Source: a virus. Taken from it: DNA of 64,000 nt. Where the stretch lies: positions 19,733 to 83,732 of IMG/VR virus record IMGVR_UViG_3300017987_000071, one strand, 5' to 3'. The translations under genes were made by a program, and so were the position numbers. This document shows positions 1-10,034 of this stretch, piece after piece. The notes under the pieces are model-generated. The model was not told where the DNA came from. It was given only the letters and a program-made list of their open reading frames with translations, and ran no database searches. How positions within the stretch are numbered: the first letter of the stretch is position 1; the number at the start of each line of letters is the position of its first letter.

Positions 1-308
1 TTGTTTCCACCAACTCGAACTTCAGTAACAATATGCGATGTGCGATTGATGTTAGAAATTCCCTTATCAGGATGCTCCATCTCTCCCCACACCCGCATCT
101 CATTCAACCGCTTGCTAAATATGCTTTCTGCAAGCAGTTGCTCCTCAAAGCGTTCTTTAGGATATACCCGTTTGTTTTCGTTGGCTACACCATAACGCTG
201 AAAAGGGCCACATACCGACAAACGCTTATCGGTACCGAGAGGCGTATCTACGCTTTCGTTTAAAACCTCGATGGGTTTGAAAAGGAATGACTCTACCAGT
301 AATTTCAC
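1..308 (-). CDS. Prohead (capsid maturation) protease, T4 gp21-like, 3'-truncated by window edge
   Basis: Hand translation from GTG at 308 (not in ORF track): MKLLVES...VCGPFQRYGVANENKRVYPKE...WGEMEHPDKGISNINRTSHIVTE. Matches the GxFQ..N.NxRxYP...GEx(D/E)HP...xSH signature of T4 gp21-type proteases. AGGA SD upstream. Confidence 0.9.
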   Translation of the reverse strand, partial: MKLLVESFLFKPIEVLNESVDTPLGTDKRLSVCGPFQRYGVANENKRVYPKERFEEQLLAESIFSKRLNEMRVWGEMEHPDKGISNINRTSHIVTEVRVGGN

Positions 309-579
309 TTGCTAATCCTGTTAGTTCGCGTGGCGGTTCCATATAGTACTTTCCGATCAACGGAAAATAATGCACACGGCGAAAGCTCCACAGATAATCC
401 AAAACCTTATCGTCATCGGCCTTCAAAAACCGCAAGACGTAAAGTCTCAATTGCTCTATGTTCTCAACCGGCACTCTATACGAATCCCCCCACTCTACAT
501 AATTTACGATAATCGAATCATCAACATCCCGCTCCAAATACAAGTGCTTTGGGTTGCGGTCTGTTGGCAGCTCCATCAT
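226..579 (-). CDS. Hypothetical protein (likely start ATG 579; overlaps protease 5' end)
   Basis: Open frame 226..687; ATG at 579 directly follows the upstream gene stop at 581. Confidence 0.55.
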   Translation of the reverse strand: MMELPTDRNPKHLYLERDVDDSIIVNYVEWGDSYRVPVENIEQLRLYVLRFLKADDDKVLDYLWSFRRVHYFPLIGKYYMEPPRELTGLASEITGRVIPFQTHRGFKRKRRYASRYR

Positions 580-580
580 A

Positions 581-961
581 TCAATTTTCGCCAATGTTGA
601 TGGCGTTTGCAAAGTCGTCGTTGTCAAACACCTGAAATACACCCTGAGTCTTTCCAGAAGCGTAAAAACGGAAATGGGTACTGGCACCCTTCACATAGAA
701 AGCATACTGCTCTTCTACACGAACCTTAATGGTCTTACTTCCAGCGGCAACGTCAGTCCAAGGACCATCAGCACTCTCGGCCTCCTGTGCCTTAAAAACC
801 ATATCTTCAGCGTCGCTGTCTCGACCCACATTGGTCACTACACAATTGAAGCTACGCTTAGGGCCATCGCCCTGTAGATTCAAAGCATACGGACCTAAAA
901 CTACTCCTCCTGCTGTAGCGGAGGAGAATCTTTCTTCTGTTCTTGCTACTTGCATTATCAA
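581..961 (-). CDS. Small beta-rich virion-type protein
   Basis: Beta-strand pattern (FKAQEAESADGPWTDV...HFRFY), similar in style to neighbour 1061..1390; AAGGA SD. Confidence 0.6.
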   Translation of the reverse strand: MIMQVARTEERFSSATAGGVVLGPYALNLQGDGPKRSFNCVVTNVGRDSDAEDMVFKAQEAESADGPWTDVAAGSKTIKVRVEEQYAFYVKGASTHFRFYASGKTQGVFQVFDNDDFANAINIGEN

Positions 962-1060
962 GTCCTTTAAATAACGAGAAGAAGAAGCGAAGAGGTGGGA
1001 CTTACCTTAACGGCACAATCGCCTCTCCTTCCCAAATCGAACAAAGGAAGTGACTAAACG

Positions 1061-1390
1061 TCACGCCGATAAGTCGCGGAGAAGTTCCCCACGACTAGGT
1101 TGGGTTATATAAAATCTTACTCCGTCCGGTGCATCAGCACTAATACGCAATCGAACATACTTCCGACTGCTATTAACAAAAAGATGCTGCCATCCTTTAG
1201 CAACCACTGCTCCCGAAGTTACATTGGTGTACGCTGTCCCATTCGTACTGTGGTCAACATAAGCAGTAACATCAACGTCGCTGTTGTTGAAAACAAAAAC
1301 GGATGCCCCTACAGGATGAATTGGCTTTAATCCCTCTAAAACAACAGGAGTATCAACCAACCGAACTTCTTCCTCAATTTTGTTAATCAT
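1061..1390 (-). CDS. Small beta-sandwich virion-type protein
   Basis: VDHSTNGTAYT...KYVRLRI pattern typical of jelly-roll/discoidin-like domains; GGAG SD. Confidence 0.6.
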   Translation of the reverse strand: MINKIEEEVRLVDTPVVLEGLKPIHPVGASVFVFNNSDVDVTAYVDHSTNGTAYTNVTSGAVVAKGWQHLFVNSSRKYVRLRISADAPDGVRFYITQPSRGELLRDLSA

Positions 1391-1448
1391 ATCGACTCCG
1401 ATTTCTCGGATTGTGTATATCTTTTCGTGGGCAGATTTTTGCCCTATT

Positions 1449-1919
1449 TCAACCTAAAAATAAATTCACCGCTTCTACAGGGTTTACACCCGCAGCAACC
1501 TGCTTAAAGCATTCCTCTAATCGCTGCTCTGCGCTTTCAGTCAGCGTAGTATAACGAGAACTACCACACTTATTACAACTGTAGTGCATTGCTTTTGGAG
1601 CACTAAGTTGCTCATGCAAACAATCAACACACTGCACCACCCAACCAGCAACACTCTCCTCCTTCTTCTTCTCAGTTTCAGGTGGCGGAGTAGTTGGCTT
1701 CTCAGGGGGTGTGTCTACTTTCTCAGCTTCAGGTTCAGGTTCTGCCTCTGGAGGCTCCTCTTCAATTCGTCTAGCGGTAATCTCAAACTGAGTGCCACAT
1801 TTTGGGCACTTTATTGTGCAAGCTTCGTTTAAGCGCCCAGTGCCCCGCGACAAATTAATCGCTTCGTCTAGGCTACATTCCCTTGCACAATCGGGACATG
1901 TATAACTTTTTGCTAACAT
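1449..1919 (-). CDS. Double zinc-ribbon protein with C-terminal shared tag
   Basis: Four CxxC pairs, Pro/Glu linker, C-terminal LTES...FKQVAAGVNPVEAVNLFLG. Confidence 0.75.
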   Translation of the reverse strand: MLAKSYTCPDCARECSLDEAINLSRGTGRLNEACTIKCPKCGTQFEITARRIEEEPPEAEPEPEAEKVDTPPEKPTTPPPETEKKKEESVAGWVVQCVDCLHEQLSAPKAMHYSCNKCGSSRYTTLTESAEQRLEECFKQVAAGVNPVEAVNLFLG

Positions 1920-1981
1920 AGAATGTCCTTTCGCTCTAAACTCAATTCTACAAACCTACGCCCCGTCCGTCAAATAAAAAA

Positions 1982-2644
1982 TTACTTCACAACGATATTT
2001 CCAAGCATTTCCACTTCGGCAGGCACAGGCTTTTTCGCGGGCACATTAGCTTCTGGTTCAGTAACATCAACGGGTTCAGCCAATCGCGTGGGGGCTTGTG
2101 GCACCTTAACATCAGGGATAACTTTTTCGCAAGCAACCACCACCCAAAAGCGGATGTTTTGGGGATCAACCGTAATTTCGCCAGGAGCACCACGCAAATC
2201 ATCAGGAGATGCTGCCAACTTTGTACCAGGCAAAAAGGTTTTGATTTGTTCAACAAGTTGCTCTACAGAATCCTTGTCAGCAGTTTCGTTGATAAAAATG
2301 AACAGCACATCGAGGTTGTCATCAACCTCAATCTCTTCCAAATAATCCAATAGGTCTAAAGCATTCAGCTTCAGCATCACGCCATTAACCAATTCATCAT
2401 AAGACAACCTCGGTTTACCCTGGGTCAAGTCCTCCAAAATGGTCGACAGTGATGCCCCCTGAATCAACTGCTTAACGCTTTCCTCTACACCATCAGTTTT
2501 AGCAGCCTCTAAGCCAGCGATAAGCTTCTTGCCTTTATCGGTCATAAAGAAGTACCGTAGCAACTGCCTAAACTTGGTTCGATTTTGTCGGGTACCAACA
2601 GTCTGCAACCGCTGCTGGCGGTAATTCGGTCTTGGGTCACCCAT
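1982..2644 (-). CDS. Hypothetical head-associated protein with internal shared tag
   Basis: GGAG SD; VEESVKQLIQGASLSTILE motif. Confidence 0.65.
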   Translation of the reverse strand: MGDPRPNYRQQRLQTVGTRQNRTKFRQLLRYFFMTDKGKKLIAGLEAAKTDGVEESVKQLIQGASLSTILEDLTQGKPRLSYDELVNGVMLKLNALDLLDYLEEIEVDDNLDVLFIFINETADKDSVEQLVEQIKTFLPGTKLAASPDDLRGAPGEITVDPQNIRFWVVVACEKVIPDVKVPQAPTRLAEPVDVTEPEANVPAKKPVPAEVEMLGNIVVK

Positions 2645-2653
2645 AACAATCTC

Positions 2654-2962
2654 CTAATAACCTAATGTCAATGCCACCTCGCATATCTTCTGTGGCAAAA
2701 ATATCCAATAAATATCCTCTTTTAGCGTACACAACCAGCAAACGGGTATCTTCTTAGAGCGATCTGGCGTTATAAACACCCTCTCATTAGTGTCATATAG
2801 CCAATGGAGGTTTTGGTTTATGTAATCCAGCATCTGGGTATGCCACCCCTCAGCAGGCTCATCGCCAGCAATAACATCCCCCAAACAAACGTGTATTGGA
2901 CGAGTCATCGGCGCAAAAGGACCCGAAGCTAAAATGCTATAATCTCGCCACAGTACTACCAT
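2654..2962 (-). CDS. Hypothetical protein
   Basis: Tiles between neighbours; GAGG SD. Confidence 0.55.
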   Translation of the reverse strand: MVVLWRDYSILASGPFAPMTRPIHVCLGDVIAGDEPAEGWHTQMLDYINQNLHWLYDTNERVFITPDRSKKIPVCWLCTLKEDIYWIFLPQKICEVALTLGY

Positions 2963-3789
2963 TCCTCAGATACCTCTATTTCGTTAAATGGGTCATACTC
3001 CTCCCAACCTTCATCTTTCTTAATCTGCCGATACAAACGATCAGACGTTGCTCGAATCTCTCGCCATTTTGGGTTTCGCTTGATGCCTGAATTAGGTGCT
3101 GGATGGGATATGCCACCAACCTGCTTCAACCAAGGCACCTTCGGCAAAAAATACCTCAAGCACAAATACGTCCGCCACCCTGCTTGGTTATTCCGCTGAG
3201 CAAAAAGGCTGTCAAACCTATAAAAGAAAAATCTCTCATCCCACGCGAAACCAAACATGTCTATGACATCAATTAGCGCTGCCGCTCGATGCATATTGCA
3301 ACAACTAGACACCATCGACACCAAACCATCAGGCATAGTAGGAACATTGCCTATATTCGCTTGTGGCCAAGCTACAATTCCTGCTTTTGGATAATGCTCC
3401 ATTACATGAATCATATCGCTTGCCCACCCATCATGCACAAGCACATCCTGGTCAAGAAAAGCAAAATACTTCAAATCAGAATACTTCTCTCTAAAATGAT
3501 CGAAAACCCGATTGCGAGATACGGAGCAGCCAACGTTGTACGGACTGTCGATAACCGTAAATCGCTGGTCGCCAAACTCCTGAACTGCCTTTACGTTAGT
3601 CCTATTATCCTCTGTATTGTCAAAAATGCAGCACTCAAAAGGCACAAAAGTACTGCGTTGGATATGCAACATACAGCGGATTAAATCATGCACGCCACCA
3701 TAAGCAAGAATGCCTATTGCCAAAACAGGCCCAGGATCAATCTCCTTTCGCCAGTTGATTGGTTGGTCAACTTTATCTAAAGACTTCAC
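2956..3789 (-). CDS. Glycosyltransferase family 2 (GT-A)
   Basis: IFDN, NVGCSVSRN, FLDQD (DxD), WDERFF motifs. Confidence 0.85.
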   Translation of the reverse strand: MKSLDKVDQPINWRKEIDPGPVLAIGILAYGGVHDLIRCMLHIQRSTFVPFECCIFDNTEDNRTNVKAVQEFGDQRFTVIDSPYNVGCSVSRNRVFDHFREKYSDLKYFAFLDQDVLVHDGWASDMIHVMEHYPKAGIVAWPQANIGNVPTMPDGLVSMVSSCCNMHRAAALIDVIDMFGFAWDERFFFYRFDSLFAQRNNQAGWRTYLCLRYFLPKVPWLKQVGGISHPAPNSGIKRNPKWREIRATSDRLYRQIKKDEGWEEYDPFNEIEVSEEW

Positions 3790-4445
3790 GCCTTCTCTCC
3801 CCTCAATATAAAATGCTCTTGCCCCGACAAGCGCACACCAGCACCCGTAAACTCTAATTCTGGGAACATATTCCTGTACTCTGTCTGACTGCGAAACGTC
3901 AAATATGGTAGAGAAGCAATCTTTTCTGTATTCTCTACCAAAACAAGCAAGCCTCCGGGGGCCAACATTCGATTAAGAAATGCTACAGTTCTCTTTAGCA
4001 TAGATGGTACAACGATATGCTGCAACACAGTACAGCAAAAAACGATATCAAAAGGACCCTCATTGAAAGTATTCAAGTCATCCAAAACCACAAAGCGACC
4101 TGTTGGATGCTGTTGCCTTGCTAAGCGTATTGCTTCAGGAGTACAATCCACACCCAAATACTGCAAACCAGTATATCTTTGAGACAAACCCCAAAAAACA
4201 GGAAACCAACGCCCAACCCCGCAACCAAAATCCAACAAGCGAGCACTTCGTTTATTCGCTGAAAGCCAAATACCCATAGCCCCCTCAACATTAGGTTGCA
4301 CCGCCAACGCCCACTCAAGTTCCACCTTCCGTTTTGCTTTGTCCGATTTAGTCGAGTTAACATGCAACACAGTATTGCAACCTTGCTTCTTATATCGCTC
4401 ATCCCAATACCGTTGATGTTCCTCTTCAGTCTGAAATTGCTTCAT
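3786..4445 (-). CDS. Class I SAM-dependent methyltransferase
   Basis: LLDFGCGVG motif I, GVD, FDIVFCCTVLQH, LAPGG. Confidence 0.9.
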   Translation of the reverse strand: MKQFQTEEEHQRYWDERYKKQGCNTVLHVNSTKSDKAKRKVELEWALAVQPNVEGAMGIWLSANKRSARLLDFGCGVGRWFPVFWGLSQRYTGLQYLGVDCTPEAIRLARQQHPTGRFVVLDDLNTFNEGPFDIVFCCTVLQHIVVPSMLKRTVAFLNRMLAPGGLLVLVENTEKIASLPYLTFRSQTEYRNMFPELEFTGAGVRLSGQEHFILRGEKA

Positions 4446-4451
4446 GTCCCA

Positions 4452-5252
4452 CTACTCCATAAATTCAATAGAAGAGTCAATAATGCCATCACAAGCACAG
4501 CAACAACCGTACTCGTTACATTCAGTTCTAACTTCCCGTTGAACAAACTGCCAATCAGTTTCCCAGAATACTGGGTCAGGCGTCCGCCAACCCCTACGCA
4601 TATAAGTCACACAAGGGTACCTTGCCCCGTCTGGCCCATACAAGTATATCCTATTCTTGCAAATAACTCTACGCGGTACGCCACAAGTCTTATGCTTAGC
4701 AGAAGTCACCCACTGGTTTTCGGATATCACCAACTTCGTCCCCGAAATGCGATTAAAATGGCGCAGGTATGCTACCCGCGAAGGCGACCCATCCACCACA
4801 ATAAGCACAAAATAATCAACCATATTGGACTTTAGAATCATATCCACATGCGTCCGGTACACATCCAAACCACCAGGCGAATGCAAACTGCCTCGGATGC
4901 CCACCTCTCGCTTTAACTTTCGCAGTAGGGTATCAGGAGGAATCGTTAAGTTGGTATAAACAATCACGCCAATAGCAGATGGTATAGCATTAATCAAATC
5001 TGCTAAACCAGGATACATCAACGGTTCGCCCCCCGTTATATGTACCCCCGAAAATTGCCCTGATTGCAAGCGAACTAATCCCTTCACCCATAACTCCGGT
5101 TTAGCAGAAGGCAAGCTACCCCCACCAGAACCATTTGAGCAATATGAACATTGCATATTGCATTGAAGCGTTGGATATATGCGCAGGATTTTATCAGCAC
5201 TGCCCTTATTCAAATCTACTCTGCGTAATTTCAATTCCATAAAAGCCCCCAC
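4452..5252 (-). CDS. Radical SAM protein with Cys-rich C-terminal (SPASM/twitch-like) region
   Basis: CNMQCSYC (CxxxCxxC), ITGGEP, YTN; C-terminal C...GPDGARYPC...CCCAC. Confidence 0.9.
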   Translation of the reverse strand: MGAFMELKLRRVDLNKGSADKILRIYPTLQCNMQCSYCSNGSGGGSLPSAKPELWVKGLVRLQSGQFSGVHITGGEPLMYPGLADLINAIPSAIGVIVYTNLTIPPDTLLRKLKREVGIRGSLHSPGGLDVYRTHVDMILKSNMVDYFVLIVVDGSPSRVAYLRHFNRISGTKLVISENQWVTSAKHKTCGVPRRVICKNRIYLYGPDGARYPCVTYMRRGWRTPDPVFWETDWQFVQREVRTECNEYGCCCACDGIIDSSIEFME

Positions 5253-6082
5253 CTCTCTCTTATTTTCTGGTGCACAACAGGGTACGTATCCGTCTCCTCT
5301 TGCTGTCTAATAAAACGTACATCCGTAGAAAAGGTTGAGCGAAAAGCAGTCTTAAATCCCTCTTCACCCTTTGAAACCTTCGCCCACTTCACCAAAAACT
5401 CAGTAGTACCCCAAGCAGACTCCAACCTCCGTAAAGGACGCTGATTGCATAATTCCCACATCGGCAATAGCAAACCCGACTGGCGATCAAGTTGGCGACC
5501 AAAATGCACAGGAAACCGTCGCTTGCGTAAATACAACCCACTTGCTTCCTGTATGCGCAATAACCAATCCTCTGCGAGAACTGCATTGCTAAACCGAACA
5601 TCGAACCAACCCAACTCACCCACCACCCGCATATCCATTGCAAACCCATACCACCAGCATAACCGCTGTCCGCATTTTGGCACAAGGGAGCACAACACAT
5701 ATCTGCGTTTAGCCTTCATTATATGCCAAACGCTACGTAAAAAAGGACCAGGGGCAACACGCACTTTATCCGATACAAAAACAACATAACGAGTACACAC
5801 ACGCAAAAGTGCTTCATTCATCAATTGCGAATCCGATACTCGTCGTCTATGCCATCCTATCTTTACCTTGGGATGCACACGCTTAGGCCACGTTTGCATG
5901 TCTTCGTCGAAATAATGCCCCCTGCGCAGTTGGTATTTAACCCCCCAAGAACCACCGGGCGCTGGGCCACTACCTGATATATAGATGGGTATCTTGGGGG
6001 GCACATGCGGATGCAATTTCTTCATAACACGCATGCTGCTATCCAAATCATGCCCAATGACGACTATCGTAAATCGTTGCAT
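5231..6082 (-). CDS. Divergent GT2-like glycosyltransferase
   Basis: N-terminal FTIVVI, NEALL..TRYVVFVSDKV, GWFDVRF..EDW pattern. Confidence 0.6.
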   Translation of the reverse strand: MQRFTIVVIGHDLDSSMRVMKKLHPHVPPKIPIYISGSGPAPGGSWGVKYQLRRGHYFDEDMQTWPKRVHPKVKIGWHRRRVSDSQLMNEALLRVCTRYVVFVSDKVRVAPGPFLRSVWHIMKAKRRYVLCSLVPKCGQRLCWWYGFAMDMRVVGELGWFDVRFSNAVLAEDWLLRIQEASGLYLRKRRFPVHFGRQLDRQSGLLLPMWELCNQRPLRRLESAWGTTEFLVKWAKVSKGEEGFKTAFRSTFSTDVRFIRQQEETDTYPVVHQKIRERWGLLWN

Positions 6083-6091
6083 CGTTTCTCA

Positions 6092-6183
6092 CTTTATAAA
6101 AGGGTCGTCCCTCCTAAACCATTTATCCTTAGAGGCCCTTTATAAAAGGGTCGTCCTTCCTAAACCATTTATCCTTAGAGGCC
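6092..6183. repeat. 46-bp tandem duplication (2 copies, 1 mismatch)
   Basis: ctttataaaagggtcgtcc(c/t)tcctaaaccatttatccttagaggcc at 6092-6137 and 6138-6183. Confidence 0.95.
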
Positions 6184-6824
6184 CATTGCTGCCAACCCTC
6201 AGCAACACCAAGCACCAAGTCCACTGCGCTAACTTTAGGTATTGCTAACCCTCTACGGGCCCAATCAGCAGCCATTTCATTAACCTCCTCTATTTTGGGT
6301 TGTATCCTCCTATTAAATTCAGTGAAGCCTCGCATATAACCAGTCAAAACACGATCCAATTGATTAAATGGACCCCCCTTAACCATCACATTCGGTTGTC
6401 TACGCTTCAACCCCAAAATCTCGCGCCGAACATCCTTATACTTTCGTTGCATACTAGCAAACACCTTTGACCAAGCATTCAACACTTCAATTGCATCATC
6501 TGACCAAGCGTATTTTACCTCATGCACCCAATCCAGCATCAGTTTGCCCAACGCTTTTATTCTACGCTCAACAAACCAAGTTGCACGCTCTTCGCGAGTC
6601 CCAACCCGCAACAGTTTACGAATGCCATTAAACAATTTACCCAAGTAATGAAAAATCTCTTGCACCTGAGCAGCCAGCATCCGCAATCCCCCGGACTGTA
6701 GAAAACTTGCCCAAAAATCAGGAGCAGTAAAGTTCTCACTTAGCACATCAGCAACTAGCGTTCTTGCTTCCTCAACAGGAGACCCGCCAGCAACTACACG
6801 ATCTACAGATTCTGCTATCTCCAT
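6129..6824 (-). CDS. Basic helical protein with N-terminal shared tag (putative internal head protein)
   Basis: MEIAESVDRVVAGGSPVEEARTLVADVLSE; GGAG SD. Confidence 0.7.
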   Translation of the reverse strand: MEIAESVDRVVAGGSPVEEARTLVADVLSENFTAPDFWASFLQSGGLRMLAAQVQEIFHYLGKLFNGIRKLLRVGTREERATWFVERRIKALGKLMLDWVHEVKYAWSDDAIEVLNAWSKVFASMQRKYKDVRREILGLKRRQPNVMVKGGPFNQLDRVLTGYMRGFTEFNRRIQPKIEEVNEMAADWARRGLAIPKVSAVDLVLGVAEGWQQWASKDKWFRKDDPFIKGL

Positions 6825-6833
6825 AACAATCTC

Positions 6834-8114
6834 CTAGACATCTAACTCAAAACGACGTACACCACCCCATTCTTTGCCGGTTAACTCCTGCCCGACCTCT
6901 TCTCGTCCTAAGCCAATCGCTTCGGGGGGTTTGCCCTTACCACGACTCCATTGCCATTTTCTCCACCACCAAACAAGCTTGCCCCACAAACCTAAATCCT
7001 TTGGCTTACCAGCAATTGAAACGGTCGCCTGAGCAATACGCTTGATGGTAACATCATAAGTAGGAACATCCATGAAACCAACTTTGCTATCAAACGACAC
7101 CCACAAGCCAAAAAGCACATCGCGGGTCTTAACCGTAACGTACCCTTCAGCAGAGATGTAAGCAAAGCAATTCACAGCATCCAAACGCTTAAGCACCGCC
7201 TTTTCTAAGAATCCTCGCTCATACCGAATAAACTCAATCTCCTTGGCCAACTTATCTGGAGATATGTCCTTTTTTCTATATGGTCCTTTCAACACCATTA
7301 ATATGTTATATGCTAAATGAAAAGCCATAACATCATGCGAAGGACCATCTGTTCTAAAGAACGCTACAGCATCCCGCAGATTCTCTATAAGTCGCTTCTT
7401 CTGTAATAATGGCAGAGGCAAATTGTCTTCATCAGGAAGGGGATGCGGAACTTCATTCTTGCTAAGAGGTACATTAGGATCATATCCCGCAGCAGTTTTT
7501 AATTGATCATAGGAATACGGAGCAGCGACCGTCTTACCGGTTTTCTCGTCCTGCATCATTGGCTCTTGATAAAGCTCCCCAGTCACAAAGAATAACTTAA
7601 TAAACTCAACATTGATTTCTTGCACTAACTCGTTCAGATTCCTTTGCAACATTGTCTCGCGAGTTGCAAGTTCGGTCATCTTACGCTTGATGGTAACATT
7701 AATCTCTTCACTACGCTTCTGTGTTGCCTGATAATCATGCACCAACTTAAGCAATTCTGCTTCATCCTTAACGTCAAGATAAGGAGAAATGAGCATCACC
7801 CTACGCAAATCATCACGAGATAAACTAGCAGCACCAGGAGCATCACCAGCAGGATGCGCTCCGATCTTAGCGGTAGATACTTCCTTAACCGATAAAAGCA
7901 TCTGTATCCACACATTGATCTTGCGAGCATAATCAGGCACCGACCTCACCGAAGCCAAAGCCAGAGGACGATCTCTAGGAATGCTTTCATATAGCAAATT
8001 GCCCCCAAGCGCTCGCGGGAAAAAGGTTTGAGGAATCTCATCACAAACCAACACCACAGTCTCCTCAATCGGCTGCACCGCTGCATGTACTACTTCTACG
8101 TTATGGTTATGCAT
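6834..8114 (-). CDS. Hypothetical protein, coiled-coil
   Basis: 426-aa ORF overlapping upstream stop; no recognised domain. Confidence 0.75.
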   Translation of the reverse strand: MHNHNVEVVHAAVQPIEETVVLVCDEIPQTFFPRALGGNLLYESIPRDRPLALASVRSVPDYARKINVWIQMLLSVKEVSTAKIGAHPAGDAPGAASLSRDDLRRVMLISPYLDVKDEAELLKLVHDYQATQKRSEEINVTIKRKMTELATRETMLQRNLNELVQEINVEFIKLFFVTGELYQEPMMQDEKTGKTVAAPYSYDQLKTAAGYDPNVPLSKNEVPHPLPDEDNLPLPLLQKKRLIENLRDAVAFFRTDGPSHDVMAFHLAYNILMVLKGPYRKKDISPDKLAKEIEFIRYERGFLEKAVLKRLDAVNCFAYISAEGYVTVKTRDVLFGLWVSFDSKVGFMDVPTYDVTIKRIAQATVSIAGKPKDLGLWGKLVWWWRKWQWSRGKGKPPEAIGLGREEVGQELTGKEWGGVRRFELDV

Positions 8115-9261
8115 AACTTGGCTCCTTAAATGCTAATTCCTTATCAGCGAGTGGAAAACTGAACTTAACAATCTTCAATTCATGATCAGTACTGCCTAAC
8201 GCTCTGCCAAACATAACACGATCTATAAAATGTGCTCTTACAGTCACACTCTTAGGGCGCCCAGGTTTCGGATGTAGCATCAACGTATAATCTCCACTGA
8301 ACTCATAAGTAGTATGCCCACTCTGCTCTACACGCGTAATCTTAACAAGCACACGTTGAGGGCGTAAATCTTTACCCAACAAATCACCACCATACTTCAT
8401 AGGAATACCAGCAGTAAACTCATCTACCAGACGCATCCACATATTCCCTGTGCGGTTTTCCTTCTCGTCGGGCACAGACACACCACCACTCAGTTCTGGG
8501 GAGCGAGATAAACCATCAGCACCACAAGGCAACTTATGCTCATCCACATTCACAGCAACTTGCCTCATAGTTAATGCTAAATCAAGTTGACGCCGAATTG
8601 CTTCAGGAGCATCGCTGTACTTTAAAACTCCCACCTCTACAGCACCACCTACCTTCTTAGTCAATCGAGCAACGATAGTGTGCACAACCTTATCGTTGCC
8701 GATTTTTTTTGCTCGCGCCCAAGCATCCAACTTATCCTTAAGCACATACAGTTTGCCAAACGCCTTCCGTATCTCAGCAATCTGCTTACGCAAACCATCC
8801 ACAAAGTTTCTTTTCTCATCAATGTAGTCCTTTAACTCCGCCGTAAGCAAAGGGGCTAAATCACCCTCACTTATCTTAAACAGAATATCATTCTCAAGAG
8901 TCGAAAAAACTCTATCCAGCGTTTTGCCAACCACCTTGCCTTGTGCTTCTGGTGTCATAATGGGGAATTTGCGTTTGCCCGAAGGAATTGGCTCCTTTTT
9001 AAACAAACCCTTTGCCATATTCCACCACCGTTTTACGGTAGATACAACAGGCTCAATAAACTCATCCAAGCGTTCGGGGTCAACACCCTCCTTAAGCAAC
9101 TCTTGCTTTATCCAGGCCTCATCGAGCACCTCAATAAGGTTCTTAGTCATCTCCTGCTGAACTGCATCCTCAGTGATGAATTTCGCTTTTAACTCAACCG
9201 GAGACGCCGACTGCTGCCCATGCAATATGTTCAGCATACAATTCTTTTCTTTACTGTCCAT
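8107..9261 (-). CDS. Hypothetical protein with N-terminal xxE-rich propeptide-like region
   Basis: GGAGG SD; ITE, LIE, LDE, LKEGVDPERLDE in the first 70 aa. Confidence 0.75.
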   Translation of the reverse strand: MDSKEKNCMLNILHGQQSASPVELKAKFITEDAVQQEMTKNLIEVLDEAWIKQELLKEGVDPERLDEFIEPVVSTVKRWWNMAKGLFKKEPIPSGKRKFPIMTPEAQGKVVGKTLDRVFSTLENDILFKISEGDLAPLLTAELKDYIDEKRNFVDGLRKQIAEIRKAFGKLYVLKDKLDAWARAKKIGNDKVVHTIVARLTKKVGGAVEVGVLKYSDAPEAIRRQLDLALTMRQVAVNVDEHKLPCGADGLSRSPELSGGVSVPDEKENRTGNMWMRLVDEFTAGIPMKYGGDLLGKDLRPQRVLVKITRVEQSGHTTYEFSGDYTLMLHPKPGRPKSVTVRAHFIDRVMFGRALGSTDHELKIVKFSFPLADKELAFKEPSYA

Positions 9262-9269
9262 AAACCCTC

Positions 9270-10034
9270 CTACAGTTTGCGCTTAAGCACTATACCATCG
9301 ACCTCGATAGGGCGAGCCAACAAGGCACTATAAAGACGCTTTTCACCCCCCACGCCATGAGCAGCATTCAGGGTTAACGTAACCAAAATATCTACTTCAT
9401 GCATTTCTGTGCGAGTAGATGCCTTCTTCGTCCTGCGATCTCGCAAGGTTAGTATACATGGCATAGCCAAACGAACTTGTATACCCGACTCAGGATCAAC
9501 AACATTCTTAGGTACAACTTGCGTAACCCGTAGATTAGATTGCATATTCATCTCTACAAAAGAAAAGTTGCGTTCTACAGCAAAAGCCAAAGCCTTGGAA
9601 ATGCCAATCTTTATAACCTCCTTGCCAAACTTCCGCTCACTCCGTTGTATCGACTTTAAAACATTTAAAGCCAACAGCAAAATGCTAGGCACAACATTAG
9701 GAAAACGATAACCCGGATCATCCATCTTTTTGCTGGACCTTATAGCTTTTGCTTCAGCATCCTCTAGGGCCCGTTTCAGATCAGCAACTTCTTGCGCTAT
9801 TGCTTTATATCGCCCCTCTGCTTTACGCACATCCTGGTTTAACCTTCTCACCGCAGCAAGATCACTTCGCCATCGAGTACGCAAAGCCTCCCATTCGCCA
9901 GACCCAGACTTATACTCTGCCTCTAACGACCTAAGAGCATCCGATACTGGAATGCTTTTTTCTGGTTCTCTTAATTCTGGTGGGATAAGCGCTTCCTCCA
10001 AGCAAGTTATCCACGCTTTTAGATTCTCAGCCAT
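9270..10034 (-). CDS. Hypothetical coiled-coil protein
   Basis: 254-aa ORF; GGAG SD; early CLEE site. Confidence 0.7.
   Translation of the reverse strand: MAENLKAWITCLEEALIPPELREPEKSIPVSDALRSLEAEYKSGSGEWEALRTRWRSDLAAVRRLNQDVRKAEGRYKAIAQEVADLKRALEDAEAKAIRSSKKMDDPGYRFPNVVPSILLLALNVLKSIQRSERKFGKEVIKIGISKALAFAVERNFSFVEMNMQSNLRVTQVVPKNVVDPESGIQVRLAMPCILTLRDRRTKKASTRTEMHEVDILVTLTLNAAHGVGGEKRLYSALLARPIEVDGIVLKRKL

Noticed and set aside
6092-6183. CRISPR mini-array
   Set aside because: Two directly abutting 46-bp copies with no spacer, derived from coding sequence.
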